Source: Sphyrna mokarran
Taxonomy: Eukaryota
NCBI GenBank assembly: GCA_024679065.1
Contig: JAGIQG010000006.1
Coordinates: 75,640,001-75,704,000 of the forward strand
Direction of reading: 5' to 3'
DNA length: 64,000 bases
Part shown: positions 11,990 through 25,752 of the stretch, one piece after another
Position numbering within the stretch: position 1 is the first letter of the stretch
How the letters are laid out: each line of letters begins with the position of its first letter
Translations under genes and position numbers: made by a program
The notes under the pieces: generated by a model
Told to the model about the DNA's origin: nothing
Database searches by the model: none
Seen by the model: only the letters and a program-made list of their open reading frames with translations

Positions 11990-12408
11990 TACTCTTTGGA
12001 ATTTAGAAGAATGAGGGAGATGTTATAGAACAGATAAAATTATGAAGAGAACAGATAAGATAGAAGCAGGGAAGTTGTTTCCACTGGCAAGTGAAACTAG
12101 AACTAGAGAGCATAGTCTCAAAATAAGAGGAAGCAGATTTAGGACTGAGTTGAGGAGGAACTTCTCATACAAAGGGCTGTGAATCTGTGGAATTCCCTGC
12201 CCAGTGAAGCAGTTGAGGCTACCTCATTGAATGTTTTTAAGACAAGGACAGATACATTTTTGAACAGCAAAAGAATTAAGGATTATGGTGAGTGGGCAGG
12301 TAAGTGGAGCTGCATCCACAAAAAGATCAGCCATGATCTTATTGAATGGTGGAGCAGGTTTGAGGGTCTAGATGTCGTACTCCTGCTCCTAGTTCTTATG
12401 TTCTTACG
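11990..12408 (+). mobile_element. CR1-type LINE 3' end
   Basis: ORF2 C-terminal remnant (NLWNSLPSEAVEATSLNVFK) and ttcttatgttctta tail. Confidence 0.85.
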
Positions 12409-12419
12409 TTCAGGATTTA

Positions 12420-12600
12420 TAGTCACAGAGGTTTAAAGTATGGAAATAGGCCCTTCAGCTCAATTTGTCCATGCTGTCCTTTTTTTAACCACTAAATTAG
12501 TCCCAATTACCCAATTCTCTCTATACCCATCTTATCCATACAACTGTCTAAATGCTTTTTAAAAGACAGAATTGTATCCACCTGTACTACTACTTCTGGC
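12420..12600 (-). mobile_element. CR1-type 3' end, tail-to-tail with the previous element
   Basis: Same subfamily as 29810-30125 (ctttttttaaccactaa...gtcccaatt). Confidence 0.65.
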
Positions 12601-13669
12601 ACTAGTTAAAAAATATTTATTGATTTTTTTGAAAAAAAATTGATGTCAAAGAGTTCCAAGTTTTAGCATGTTCATTAATCTAAAATTAAAAATGCAAATA
12701 ATATAATTTCCTCAGAGCCTGTAGGATATCTTGTTAATATTCCCAATGGGTGCATTTTGCAATATGTCACTGTAATTGTTTCACTGAATTTTTTTACACC
12801 TTTGCAACTTCACGGCACCAATCAACTCTATCATGTTGATTCTTAAATCACAGTTGTAAATAACCCAACAAGGAACTACTTCTTTTGGAGTAAAAGACAG
12901 CAAGGAGAAATTGTCCTGGATTGCATTGCAAAACCATACACATAAACAGCAGTAATAAAGTTAAAATGTGTTTTTGAAAAATTGATACATTGTTTTATTT
13001 TCCCTTTGCAACATCAACATAAGAAGCACATGCTTACTTACACCCAGCGCCAAATGGAAAGCTTAGGAATCACGCTGAGATTCCCAGCTGAGCAACTGCT
13101 GATACTGACTGCTATCAGTGGGAGTTATCAAGTGGAGATGCTTCTCCACAGAAAGGAAGGAGGTATTGATGAGTTAGTGCTTGTGCAATCTCTGAGCAGC
13201 CAGATACAGAGCAGCACCGGTAAAGCAGTTCAGCTGCTGATTAATGCTCAGGGATGTAGAACTGGTAAAAAAGAGAGAAAAGTGCAAAGGGATAAGAAAA
13301 AAAATCTCAGTTGGCTTCAGCAGCTTGGCTAACACCTACTAGATATCAGGAATTAAATTCAACAATGTTCCTGAAACCTAAATTCTGTTTGCTAGGTAAC
13401 CGTTGTACATTTTTGAAGAACTGCAACCTGTGATTACCAGGAGTGCCTTTGTTCTTTTACTACTCACAATGTGAAGTAATGATTTGCACCTTTTATTTTG
13501 ATTTTCTTGTCCATTTTTATGGAGATTTAGGACAATATGTAGCTGCAAGGCCTTACAAAGCAGAGCTGGATGAATGCATGCTCAGGATAGGGATTAGGAT
13601 TAGAAAAGAGTCAACATAGACTGAAATAAAATGATTACTTCATGAAACACAATGGATAAATCGTTGAAC

Positions 13670-13840
13670 AATGGGGGAGAACTGACTGGTGGCGATTTAA
13701 TCTGAAGATCACCACACTTCAGGTGAGGGGCAAGGTTGAGAAGGCAGGCCAATCATGAATAATTTCAACCAGTACAGAAATTGAACCACACTGTTACATT
13801 ACTCGGCATTATAGAGAAGCTGTTCGACCAGCTGAGCTAA
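13670..13840 (-). mobile_element. tRNA-derived SINE fragment
   Basis: Reverse strand begins tagctcagctggtcgaacagc (A-box-like) with ggttcaat (B-box-like). Confidence 0.5.
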
Positions 13841-14321
13841 ATCCAAATACAATATTTTAAACTCCCAGTGAGTTTGGGCGGTTGAATGGTGAGGAAAAAT
13901 GGAAAGTCACCTGTTGCCTCAGGATTCAGGCCCGAACTGTTTCCTAGGTCTGTCCATACACTGCCCATCTGCACTTGGGGAAGCTGGTGCTGGAAGGTCC
14001 TCACAGTCTGGAAGGAGCAGGGGCGTGCTGATTATCTGAAATAGGAGATCTAAACATTTCTTCTAGGACCTGGAAGGGAGCTTGTGATGGCAAGGCAAAG
14101 GAAAGCGTAAAACCTAGCTTTCAGGCCCTCTTCACCTGCCTATCAAGCTCCAACATCCTTTCATCTGATAGGAAAGCCAAAGCAACCCCACCACTAAAGG
14201 CTGAGTTAAAATTGCACGAGGAATTCCACAACATGAACAGATCCTGCTATCCATATTTCCAAGCACTGCACTGACTTTGGCTGGGTTGTGTAATATTGGT
14301 CCAGTAAGCTGTGTAGAAATT

Positions 14322-14512
14322 GAAGAAAATGCTGGAAAATCTCTGTAGGTCTGACAGCATCTGTGCAGAGAGAATAGAGCCCTTCTGAGAGGTCATCCAA
14401 ACTCGAAACGTTGGCTCTATTCTGTCTCCACAGAATCTGTCAGAGTTGCTGAGACTTTCCAGCAGTTTTTGTTTTAGTTTCAGATTCCAGCATCAGCAGT
14501 AATTTGCTTTTA
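14322..14512. mobile_element. Palindromic Penelope-like relic (second family) with degenerate hammerhead
   Basis: aatgctggaaaatctctgtaggtctgacagcatctgtg and its reverse complement; centre ctgagaggtcatccaaactcgaaacgtt. Confidence 0.7.
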
Positions 14513-16377
14513 TATTAACATTAAAATTGCAATTGGTGGGGTGTGGATGGCTTGATGGAGGGTAAGTCAACTCTGGTTTTTACCACGTGTATGCTGAAAA
14601 TGACCTAATCTGCATGTTTGCTACTTGTGTACAGAGATATCAGAAAATCTATTTCAAAGAAATAAATATTTGCTATGAAGGTTCGATGGGTAAACATTTT
14701 GAATTCAGTAACTGAATGGAGTAATAAACCTATGATAATGACATTACTGCCAACTTATAGCAAACATTTGAGCACTAATCTTCATTAGCCGATAAAGAGT
14801 AGTGACAATGTACTTCATTATATATAAAGTAAGTCAATGCTGTCAGTCATAAAATGTTTATATTCACATTAACTTCGGAAATAAAAGTGCGGCTCATTAC
14901 ATAATGTTGACTTATGTGAGTCATTCATGTTGCACTGTCACCACATTCTGATTGCTTCAATTCCTCTAGAGATCTCAGAGCAGCACTGTGTATTCAGAAC
15001 TTAATGTGTAAATAACTGAGAGTCTGCAGCGATACTCAGTGAGAGTTTAACAGGGCTGTGTAAGTGTGTTTGCAGGCTTGGGAATTAACAAAGCGGGCTG
15101 GTTTCAGTGATTCCTTTCTGCCTCTGGCCGCTTTCCTAAGCGGTGAGCTGAGTCTGATTGCAGCGGGAAGCCATTTACAGTCATTTGTGAAATAACAAAT
15201 GGTAACTTTCCCCCCAAAATAACATTGTTACAATGTATTTTTCCTGCAGCTGTTTTGGTCCCCCTTTCTCTGAGGTTTTCACCTTAGTAGCAGACAAACA
15301 GTCCAACTGGTCCTCCTTCCCTCTCAACTTTTTCACCATCCCTTATTGGACAGTGAACCAAAAAGTCGATCCAGATGTGCTTCTTTGATAAACATTTACA
15401 GATCCACTAATTGTCCTAATGGCCAGAAATTAGCTGGAAAACTAATATTCCTAAAAAATGATAGGTGCTGTAATGGTGAGAATAATGGTATGATCTGACT
15501 GGTCTCTCGGGCCTTTCCACACTACAATCCTCTCACACTCAGTTATCATTCTGGAGAATCAGGAATTCTATACCATTAGTGGGGGCGTGGGGGCATGGGG
15601 AGGGGAGGTAAGGGGAGCAGTGGGGTGGGTGGTGTGTATGTGTGTGTGTTTGTAGCCTGAACATGCTGGTAAACGTAGCATCAGAGACTTCATGCCCTGT
15701 TTCGCAAGGGGTTAATGATCTCTCATTACAATGGGAGAACTCCTCTTTCCCCCATGGACATTGGAAATATCCCCTTCATCAGTGGCATGTTCCCTCACCC
15801 TCTCCCCAACAGATGTCGCTGGCATTGGGCCCCTCCGATGGATTCCCCTGCCTAAACTACCCCCCCCAGGTCCTTCCATCATGACCTTCGAAATGCCTCT
15901 CTATCAAGACTCCTGACATGATCCACCCACATTACCTGTTGCATAGCTCCACCACATGATCACCCCGCATAGTCCCTGCACAGCGAGCACATCAAGCACT
16001 CAGCAGGGGCTGTTCTTAACAGCACCAAAAAAACCACCAGAGGACCATGACTCACACTGAATAATGAGACCTAATGCCAACCCAGCACAAAAACTAACTA
16101 GTCCCAGAGAAGGCCACAAACTATGTTTCTTTTTCTTCTGTGGGGACGAGGAGCAGGAATGCTTATTTTACGCCCCATGAATTTTTCCTGCCCCAGACAA
16201 TCTCCACCTTTCCTGAACAAAAAAATTACTTAATGAACAGAAATAATGCAAGATAAATTTACAGCACAGTTGGTACATTTACAGTCCCATAAAAGAATAA
16301 TTAAGGATGGTGTATTATTCAGACTTTAAACAAAAATTGTTTGGTAATTCCTAATATCAAGATTTTTTTTCTTTCAG

Positions 16378-16477
16378 GTGTATGTTGTCGTTGGGGTTGC
16401 AGCACTGGCTTGCACTGGACTGGTACTAATGCTAATAATTCTCAGGTTTGGCAAACACTCCAAGTTTGGAATGAAAG
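16378..16477 (+). CDS. NTRK2: Trk receptor transmembrane exon
   Basis: Acceptor ttttttttctttcag|, donor aaag|gtaagg; 100 nt, phase 0 to 1; VYVVVGVAALACTGLVLMLIILRFGKHSKFGMK(G), cf. TrkB [34 protein letters not shown]. Confidence 0.95.
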
Positions 16478-17777
16478 GTAAGGAAAACAGAAGTTTGTTA
16501 ACTTGATCTGTTGTAAATAAAACTTTATTCAAGCTGGTTGGAGAAGTATTAATTCAACCTGCAGTTGACAACCATTAGATTAGGATTTAATAACTTCATT
16601 CAACTGATGAAATATCATCAAATCAATATACCTCTGAACAATGAATCACTCAAATAAATAACTCTTCATAGGTGTTTTGAATTTCAGGGAACATTTTGCC
16701 AATTATGTATGAGTTTGTCTGTTATTTAATTTGAATGGAGCTGATAATATGTAAAATTCAGGTAGAGTCTTTTAGGCAGATATCCCTTTCTATCACCTGC
16801 ACCCCACCTATTTGTAATTTAAATGATGGAATGAATGATTCATAATTGATAAGTTACTTTATGACGATAATATCAACAAAACTCAGTTGCTTCTGTTTTA
16901 CAACATCCGTCACTTCTTGTCTAGCTTGGTAAGTGCAACAGGAAAAAGCATCTTGGGGAATCATTGTGGTTGAAAGGTATATCTCACTTCACTGGCTGGA
17001 GGAACAGCATTCTGTAAGAGGAAAAATATCAATAAATGAAAGAAGAAAACTGGAGGGATCCCATTTATGGAGTAACAGTTCAATTCAATAAGGGCATTGT
17101 AATTTGTCAAATGACTGGAAGATTACCTTAGAGTGTAAGATCCTTACGTAAAAGAATCAAGAGCTGAAATTTTCCAGCCATTCCTGCTAGTTGAATTTTC
17201 TAGTTCCGCCAATTTGCCATCCCCTACCATAGGTTCTCCAGCATTGGAGGCTGCAAACCTGTTGATAGTGCGGGACTGGAAGCCCCTGCCACTTGCAATG
17301 GCGGGTCACCTTCGCCACCACAAAACACACGATGGAGGGGCTGGAAAACCCCACCCAGCATGTTTGCTATCCAGTGTCAGATAATGTGGATGATTTTCGT
17401 TTTGATTGTCCAATACTGTCTTCTGTGAGAGACAAATATTCAATGCTAAGGGTCCCCAGAAACAATATGATGTAATAACATATTTGTAATGTGGCACACC
17501 TGAACTGAGATATCTTTTCTTATGAAGAGACAAATAAAAGGAGCCTTGTTAGACTTCTGAACAAGCAAAGACTAGTTCAATTGATGTATACAATAGAATG
17601 TCTTTCGGAAAGTCCTCATTATGCCTACATGAGATTGGCATCACTTCATGTGTTTGATGCTGTCCTGCAACAACCCGATATGTATATTCAAACATAACAA
17701 TGACACAGAGGTTGAATAGAATCATATTGAATCTATGTAATATTTCATTTTTGTGGTAACTTTAAAATACCCATTTA

Positions 17778-20133
17778 GGGCTGGATTTTTTCAGAGTTAA
17801 GCTGACTCTGAAGGCCTTCAAGAATGGTAGGCAAGAGCCAAGTGCAGAATTTTCATTTTGGAAGATATAATTTTTGCCATGGTGGGAGAAGATGGGAGCT
17901 GAATCACACAAACTCAGTAGAGCCGTGTGAAAATAATGCTAGGCACAAACAGACTGAAACTTTACTGTTCCAAAGACCTTACCTGCAGAGTGGGGATCAG
18001 GAATTGATCAGGCACAAATGCTCTTGAAAGACAGACAATGTTAAAGTGTCAAGATCTCAAGTTATTTAAATCCTCAGCCTTTAAAGAAGAAAAATAAATG
18101 TGGCTGTTAGTTAAAGAAAAATCAAAAACCTGCTGCTGGAAAGGATTGACTGACAGGCCATTTGAGATAGCTCAGGAAAGAAATTACCATTTGAACCTGC
18201 AGGTTCAACCATCTTCATTGATGGCATTTCCCAAGGCCTGTCATTACAGCTAAGCCTATTATGAGTTTCAAAAGCTCTTAAAATACTTATCTCAGCTGGG
18301 GACTGAGTTCGCATTTTGATAGTCTTAACAGGTTATTAGCTGTCTTTGATGAGATTATTGAATATGGGATTTAAATTTTTGAATGAGTTTCAAAAATTAG
18401 CATTTTTTCAGTACCAACTTTGTATGAATGAAAGCTCTTTTTTATGTTAGAAGGTTATATTTTATTCATTTCTACATAACTTCCATGATCTATTACAGTG
18501 AATTCTGGGAGATTGTGGAGGTGGCTTTGGGATTATGAGGTGGCTATGGAGGTAGCACGGGAGCTCAGACAACTATTACAATAACAGAACACCATAGAAA
18601 ACATTGTTTGCTTGAAATCCCAGACTGTCTAATTTCACAATGTTTGTCAACATAAGTTAATTGGTTCCAAGTTCTTGTAGATGGACATTTTTTTTATTAG
18701 CTTGCCACCCAGACTTTTGTTTCAGAGGAGAAACTGATCAATGGTTTGCATCTTTTCACAGCCTTTTTTTTTTCACATATACCACCTTGCACTATGGTGC
18801 AGTGTCCATTGATTTCAGAAAGTTTATAGTGGATCAATGGACGTGAAAATGTTAGAAGCTAACAAAGGGAGCGTGAGGGGGTGGAGTGAAGGGAATAGCT
18901 TGGCATAGGGGCATTAAGGGAGGGGGATGCAGGTAGAAATCAAAACATGTTTTGGGGGCCTGAGAGGATGAGTGGAAGGACAGAACTTGGCATGGTGATC
19001 ATTAGGAGACATCAGCGGGAGGGGGTGGAGTTTATGAGATAGCATGCATGGGGCATAGGGAATGTTTGGAAGGTGAAACAGATATGTGGTATAAGGGCAG
19101 GAAATCTTTGTGCATTTTTCATTGGGACATTGACATTGAGGTGGAAATTTTAAACAGACTGCTTTGTCACCCAACAGGCTTTGTGGCTGCCTCTGTACTT
19201 CTTCCCGAGTTAGCTGATCAGATTCCAGCTCACACCAAACTCCCAGCAATGAGCAGGGCAAGCCAAGAATTTTCCCACATGAGACATTGATAGGATGCAG
19301 GTCTGGGCCGAAAAGTGGCAGATGGAGTTTAACCCTGATAATGCAAAGTGATTCATTTTGGTCGGACAAACTTGAAACCTGTCAATGGCAGGTTTCTGAG
19401 GAATGTGGAGGAAGAGAGAGATCTTGGGTTTCATATTCACAGATCTCTGAAGGTTGCCACTCAAGTGGATAGAGCCATGAAAAAGGCTTATAGTCTGTTA
19501 GCTTTTATTAACAGGGGGTTTGAGTTTGAGCTGTGGAGTTATGGTGCAACTGTACAGGACCTTGGTGAGACCACATTTGGAATATTGTGTACAGTTCTGA
19601 TTACCTGACTATAAGAAGGACGTGGAAGCATTAGAGAGAGAGTGCCGAGGAAATTTACCAGGATGTTGCCTGTTTGGAGGGTAGGTCTTATGAGGAAAGG
19701 TTGAGGGAGCTGGACTTTTCTCTTCAGAGCGGAGAAGGATGAGAGACGACTTAATTGAAGTTTATAAGATGATGAGGGGGATAGATAGAGTGGATGTTCA
19801 GAGACTATTTCCTCAGGTGGATGTAGCTGTTATGAGGGGCATAACTATAAGGTTCATGGTTGGGAGATATAGGAGGGATATCCAAGATAGGTACTTTACT
19901 CAGAGATTGGGATGTGGAATGCACTGCCTGCTGTGATAGTGGAGTCGGACACTTTAGGAATTTTCAAGTCGTTATTGGATACGCACATGGAGCACACCAG
20001 AATGATAGGAAGTGGGATAGCTTGATCTTGACTTTGGCACAACATCAAGGGCCGAAGGGCCTGTACTCTGCTGTGCTGTTCTATGTTCTATCCTAACCCT
20101 CACCCACTCACCTCGAGGATGAAAATCCAGGAC
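17778..20133. mobile_element. Non-autonomous DNA transposon (putative Harbinger) interrupted by a CR1
   Basis: Ends gggctggatttt / aaaatccaggac, flanked by tta and taa. Confidence 0.45.
19290..20092 (+). mobile_element. CR1-type LINE 3' fragment (decayed ORF2)
   Basis: ORFs HFGRTN...EERDLGFHIHRSLKVATQVDRAMKKAY and RDDLIEVYKMMRGIDRVD; tail ggccgaagggcctgtactctgctgtgctgttctatgttcta. Confidence 0.9.
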
Positions 20134-22526
20134 TAAAGGTCAATTTGTAAAATGAGTTTAAGAGATTAAGGTTAGAGTGATGATTCTTTTCCATTCCACT
20201 TCCCTTCTGTCAGCAGGAAAGCATTTGGTTTTTCACTCAGTGCCTCCCCTCTTCTATTTGGCACCGATCAGAACTCCACTTTTTTGAGAAATTCTAACGG
20301 CTGCTTGAAGCACTGTTCACAATGTTTCTACCAAGAATCTGTTCATTCATATCATTGACATGAGAGTATAAGGAAGTTAATCTTTCTTTCTCTTCCTTCT
20401 ATCCTTACGAATCATTAAAAGAATCATGCAAAATCAATAAATTGTGAACAAAATATAATGTTACTTTTGACTTAATTAGTAAGAGATAAAATTAGCATTA
20501 TAGTACTGAAAAATAGATTCATTAGTAACACAGTTGTCTAATCAAGAATCCAACAATGCAATCTAATGATCTGAGAACCATCAGTTAAATGTTATAAAAA
20601 TGAAAAGACTCTACAGTTGACTTCTGGAAAGTCCTTGAAACTCCATGAACAGTAAAGATTTCTGTGTTTAATTTTCCACCAGGACATGCCCCTTATGTAA
20701 AAAAGGATCGCTTGCATCTTTTAAAAACCACTAGAGAGTAGTTTGTGTAAGATATACTGTAGGCTGGACTATGTTACTACTATAAAAAGTAAGATCTATA
20801 AACATTAATTTGATCTAGTAGGAGATTGTACAGCTCTGGAAGTCAAGACTGGGAAGCACAGATAATCTGTACTTTCTTCAGACCGACCATTGCTTTGTCC
20901 TTTTTTTTCCATCATCGGACGTCAGCAGTGCTAAAAATAGGCCTCTAAAATGAGATTACTATAGAGCATAGGACTCTATTTTTAAATATGTGCTCAGATA
21001 TAACAATTGCTTCAGAAGTAAACCACAATTTTATTAGACTGAAGTTTTCTTTTCTATTGTGGCCACGTACAAAGTCTGTGCATATTGATTTAAATTGAAC
21101 TCCTGATGCATTCACCTTGAATGTGCAGATGACTTTAATGATTTGAATAATAAAAGCAATAGATTGAAACTTGATGTGTTAGGGCTAGGTCTAAATAAAC
21201 AATTCAGCAAATATCTACTTATCCTCAAACATAGAGCCTCAATTCATTATTGTTGGGTGAAAAGTGAACGGGAATTTTCACTATGACCAGTGATTACTGT
21301 TTAATTTTATAAATGTTTCTTATGCTCATCTTAATCAAGGTGATTTATTTTGCGAAATGAGGTGCTTTGCTTTCCAGACAACAACTATTAGCATCAAGAA
21401 CTTGGAGTTCAATGGATAGGAGATAACTGATGTAGTCATTCACTGTCAGATTTGATTGGACCAGTTAAATGTACTGCTATTGTTTGCCCAAACTGGTTAT
21501 GATTTCAGTATTAGCCTGGAATGTAGCTACCAGCTTGATTTTCTCTGCTACGAATCACCTTCTTAACCACTTCTCCTCCATCTCTTCCACCATCAGCTCC
21601 AACAATAAGTATGCGGTGTTCATGGGCTTCTTTGCACTAAGGGATTGTCATTTGATCAGCTTCCTCTGTAGCTTTCCTTCTTACTAATATCTCACTGATA
21701 TTAACTTCCTGTAAAGATATCCCTGGCGCTAGATCTGAACTTGTATCTTTTTCTAGTATCTCCCCTATCTCCTTATGTTTCCTCCAAGCTTATGATGCTA
21801 ATCAGGCTATCTCCTGCTCCCTCCACCTATCCCACTAAATGACTGACCACCCTATTTTTCCTGGTTCCCATGTTAACTGATATTGTTAACAAGTTCTCAC
21901 TCTTAAGATGATGTATCTCTCTCTTTCAAATCCACTTTCACCAGCCCATTCTTGTCTGTCTTTGCAAACTCCTGTCCCCCTCTGATCTCCCTTTATCCTC
22001 CAAAGTCTTTGAATATGCTATCATTTCCGAATTCTGTTTCTTAGAAATCTATGTTTAATCCTTCCACTTAGGTTTCTGCCCCAGTCACAGTACAGAAATG
22101 GATCTTATCAAAATGATGAATGACACACTGTGTGATTGTGGCAAAGGTAAACTATCCCTCCTCCTCATGGTCAATCTGTCTGTAGCCTTTGACATGGTTG
22201 ATCATACCCTCAATCTCCTTCAACATCTCAGCACTATTAACCTGCTGAGTGGGACTGGGCTCACCTGTTTCCTTTCTTATTTACCCAGTCATGGCAAGAG
22301 AATCACTTGTAATGGCTGCTCTCCTCACTCCCACATAGCTACCCAAGGATTCAGCCAAGTATCTATCCTTAGCCTCTTCCTTATTCTCAGTTACATACTG
22401 CTCCTCAGCAACATCTTCTGAAAAACACAGTCAGTTTCCACATACATGCTGATAACACACATTTTTTGACCCTTCCACTGCCTGTCTGATATCCAGTATT
22501 AGATAAGCCTAAATCTCCTTCAGCTA

Positions 22527-22702
22527 AAAACAAATTACTGTGAATGCTGGAATCTGAAATCGAAAGGGAAAGTACTGAAAAATCTCAGTAGGTCTGGCAG
22601 TTGACCCTTTGAAAAAAGGTCACCTGGACTTAAAACATCAGCTGTTTTCTCTCACTACAGATGCTGCCAGACCTGCTGAGATTTTCCAGCATTTTCTCTT
22701 TT
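22527..22702. mobile_element. Palindromic Penelope-like relic nested in the L2
   Basis: Same family as 14322; flanked by ctccttcagctaaa / ctcctccagcaaaa duplication. Confidence 0.7.
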
Positions 22703-23234
22703 GGCTCCTCCAGCAAAACATTGGGCAGATTGATACCTTTATCTTCATTCTACATTATGAAGTCCATTCGCTAGCCACTGATATCATCCTTTGTTCTGCC
22801 AAGTGTCCGATGCTCACCAAGATTGTTTGCAACTTTGGTGTCATATTTGATTCAATTTGACTTTCCAATCAGTCAGGCTGCATATTTCCACTCTGCAATA
22901 TTGCCTGACTCCATCCCTTTCTCACAACCTCTACTGCTGAAACACTCACCCAGGTCTTGCTTACCTCTAAAGTTGACTATTGCAACATACTCTTGACTAC
23001 ACGCTGTAAACTTAAAGTTGTACAAAACTCTGCTGCCCTAACTCCTGTTTGTTGGTTCCTCGTTAAGTAAAGTCCAGACATTAAAACTTTCATCTTTGCT
23101 TTCAAATTTCTCCATGACCTCATTTCTCTTTATCTCTGTAACTTCCTCCCGATCTACAACCTTTGAAAATAACTGCACTCCTCTACTCCTGGTTTCTTGG
23201 ACATCACCAGTTTTAACGTGTTTTGTTCAAGGAC

Positions 23235-23612
23235 ATTATAGTATTGTGATTATGTTAATGGATTAGTAATCCACAGATTTTGACTTGTGATCTTGAGACA
23301 TGAGTTCAAATCCCACTATGACTGTGACAGAATTTACATTTAATTAATTAAATAAATCTGGAATAAAAAGCTAGCATCAGTAATGGGGACCATGAATCTA
23401 TCAGGTTGTCATAAAAACCTGTCTGGTTCATAAAGGAAACATGCCATATGTCATTACAGATGCATAGCAATGTGGTTGACTCTTAACTGTTCCCTGAAAT
23501 GGCCTACCAAACCATTCAGTTGTGCTTAAATAGTGGCTCACCATTACCTTCTCAGTGGCAGTTATGGATTGGGGATAAATTGCACACATCTTGTCAATGA
23601 ATAAAATAAAAA
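23235..23612 (+). mobile_element. tRNA-derived SINE nested in the L2
   Basis: B-box gagttcaaatccc, body shared with 1605-1875, A-rich tail. Confidence 0.65.
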
Positions 23613-24824
23613 GCTCCACCGTTGGCAGCCATGCCTTCAGTTGCCAATTGCTTGAACCTTGGAATTTCCTCTCTATCTTTCTCAAAGCTGTTGTTTGAAA
23701 TCTACATAGGACAATCAAACCATTGCTCATTGCCTATGATATGTGGCTTGATGTCAAATGTTGTTTCATAAAGCTCTTTTGAAGTGTCTTGGGATGTTGC
23801 ACTATATTAAAGACACAATATAAATGCAAGTTGCCGTTCTTCCATTAAATTCACTTCAGTCATAGAGCTTTGCCTTGTTTCCTATCTCTTCTGGTAAAAT
23901 AATCAAAAGAGTGAATGTATTCTTACAGTTAGGATTTCCCTTGATCACTTTCAGTGTGACTTTCAATATAACCAATCACGTGTTCTATATTGCACAGGGA
24001 TAATTAAATAAAGACAATCCTACCTAATATCTATTCTTATGAACATTGGACCCCTAATATTATGACTTCTAAATTGTAAGTTACTACTCTAAGGTATAAC
24101 TTAGTGCTCAACTGGGAGTAGAGGATGAGTTGGAGAAAGATTACCGAATTATTTATATAGTAAGGAATGAAATACAAAAACTATGTTGAGTTTGTATGAA
24201 AAGACACATGTAAATACAAGAGATACAGGAATGAGCATGAGAGGAAAAAACAAAAAATGGGCTCTTAGTCCGGAGTATGCTATTTAACTCTTATTAAAGA
24301 ACAAAATCCAGTGAGTGTAGGAGCTGAATACACTGTGTAGCTAAAAAATAAGCTGCATGTGCCTTCATTAATGATTCAGTAACAGTGGTTTCAGTTTTCT
24401 CTCTGTTAAGGGGAGTGCCAGATAATCAATAAATCAGTTTCAAGGTCAGGAATGTGTTCTCCTATATCTCTCTGTCTACCTGCATCAAAAAGCAACACAA
24501 CATGTTCAGGCTATGCATTTCTTCATTGATTAGAGAATTACCAGCTGGAAGACATTCTACTTAAGAAAAATGTTCAGTATTGCAAATATGTACCAGTGTA
24601 CTCTTTGCAGAGAAGTACCATGCAGACGTTTATAGTGTAATGTTTATTTCCATGTAGTTTTATCTGTTTTTATAACAAATTTTAAAATGAATATTGGGAA
24701 GTTGTTTTGCTCCTGATACATCAGGTTTGTTTGCCTTTGACTTACACAGTAGAAAGTGGGAGTAATGTTGCTGCTGGCATTATTGTGCTTTTCCTTGTTC
24801 TTTCATCCAAATAAATTCAAAGTG

Positions 24825-25752
24825 CCGAATTCGTGTAACAATTGGAGTAAATTGTGCTTTTTTTCAGTGGGATTTTCAAAATGAATCTCCCAGACTCTGT
24901 GCCCAAGCATGAATCATGCTAAAAATCTATGTGCAGGGTCTAATCCCTCCTTTGCTGGGAGGCCAGAAGCAAAGCTCTGAGCGGGTCACTGTGCACGCGC
25001 CAATCTGTCAGTGCGGAGATCAGCAAATGCGCAGTGGCGGCCGTGCACTGCTGGCCTCCCGATCCCTGGCCAGCCCTGCGACTCTGCAATGCTGCGCCTC
25101 CAATCCCCTTACTTCCCCGCCTCTCCCATTGCTGTCCCCCCCGGACGTGTCTGGGCCAGCCCCTACCCCCCCCCACCACAGCAGTCCCGATCTCCTGATT
25201 TCCTTTGCGCCTATGCCCTTCCCCACCATTAGCAGACCCGTCACTCCCCCGGCCAGCCTCGATGGCTCTCCACTCTCCCTCTGACTACGAACCCAAATTC
25301 AGAGTGGGAGCAGGGCCCCACTCCCCTCCCCCCAACCTGATGCTTGGTGTGCAGTGTCAAGTTGCCCTTTGGGTATTTCCACTTTGCCCCTTGAGCAGTA
25401 CTAGGTGGCCAGGCTGGCATTACTAGGCTGTCAATGCCCACGAGGCACCATTTCTTACTTCCTGGGCTCAATAGCCTCCCTTAACTCCAGCGGTGTAGGG
25501 CCGCCAGCTCCCTGTTAATGTGGAGCTGTTGTAAGCCCTGTTGGAGTGAAGCACTCCTGGCGGGGGTGGGGAGACACTAGCTGGCCTGGAGACTTCAGTC
25601 CCGGGCCCTTTAATGATATTAAAACCTGAATTTAAATATTTTAATTAGCTCCAACTGATTTTCAGTGCAGAGCTATGATGCCGAAAATCCAGTGGCCAGA
25701 GACATGCAAAGGTTGCTGGAACAGTGCAGCAGACTGGGAGAATTGCCCCCAT
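24825..25752. mobile_element. GC-rich non-autonomous DNA transposon (putative Harbinger-type)
   Basis: Ends in gggagaattgcccc (TIR type shared by the MITEs here); C-rich interior resembling ~43770-44640. Confidence 0.5.

Larger units (their letters stand above)
21350..23838 (+). mobile_element. Decayed L2-type LINE with nested insertions
   Basis: RT remnant DLIKMMNDTLCDCGKGKLSLLLMVNLSVAFDMVDH...QGFSQVSILS (cf. LLDLSAAFDTVDH, GVPQGSILGP); L2-like tail tataaatgcaagttg. Confidence 0.8.

Noticed and set aside
24916-25471. GC/CpG-rich patch with overlapping ORFs as a CpG-island promoter or gene
   Set aside because: Lies inside a TIR-bounded repeat; the ORFs are low-complexity Pro/Ser/Gly-rich text
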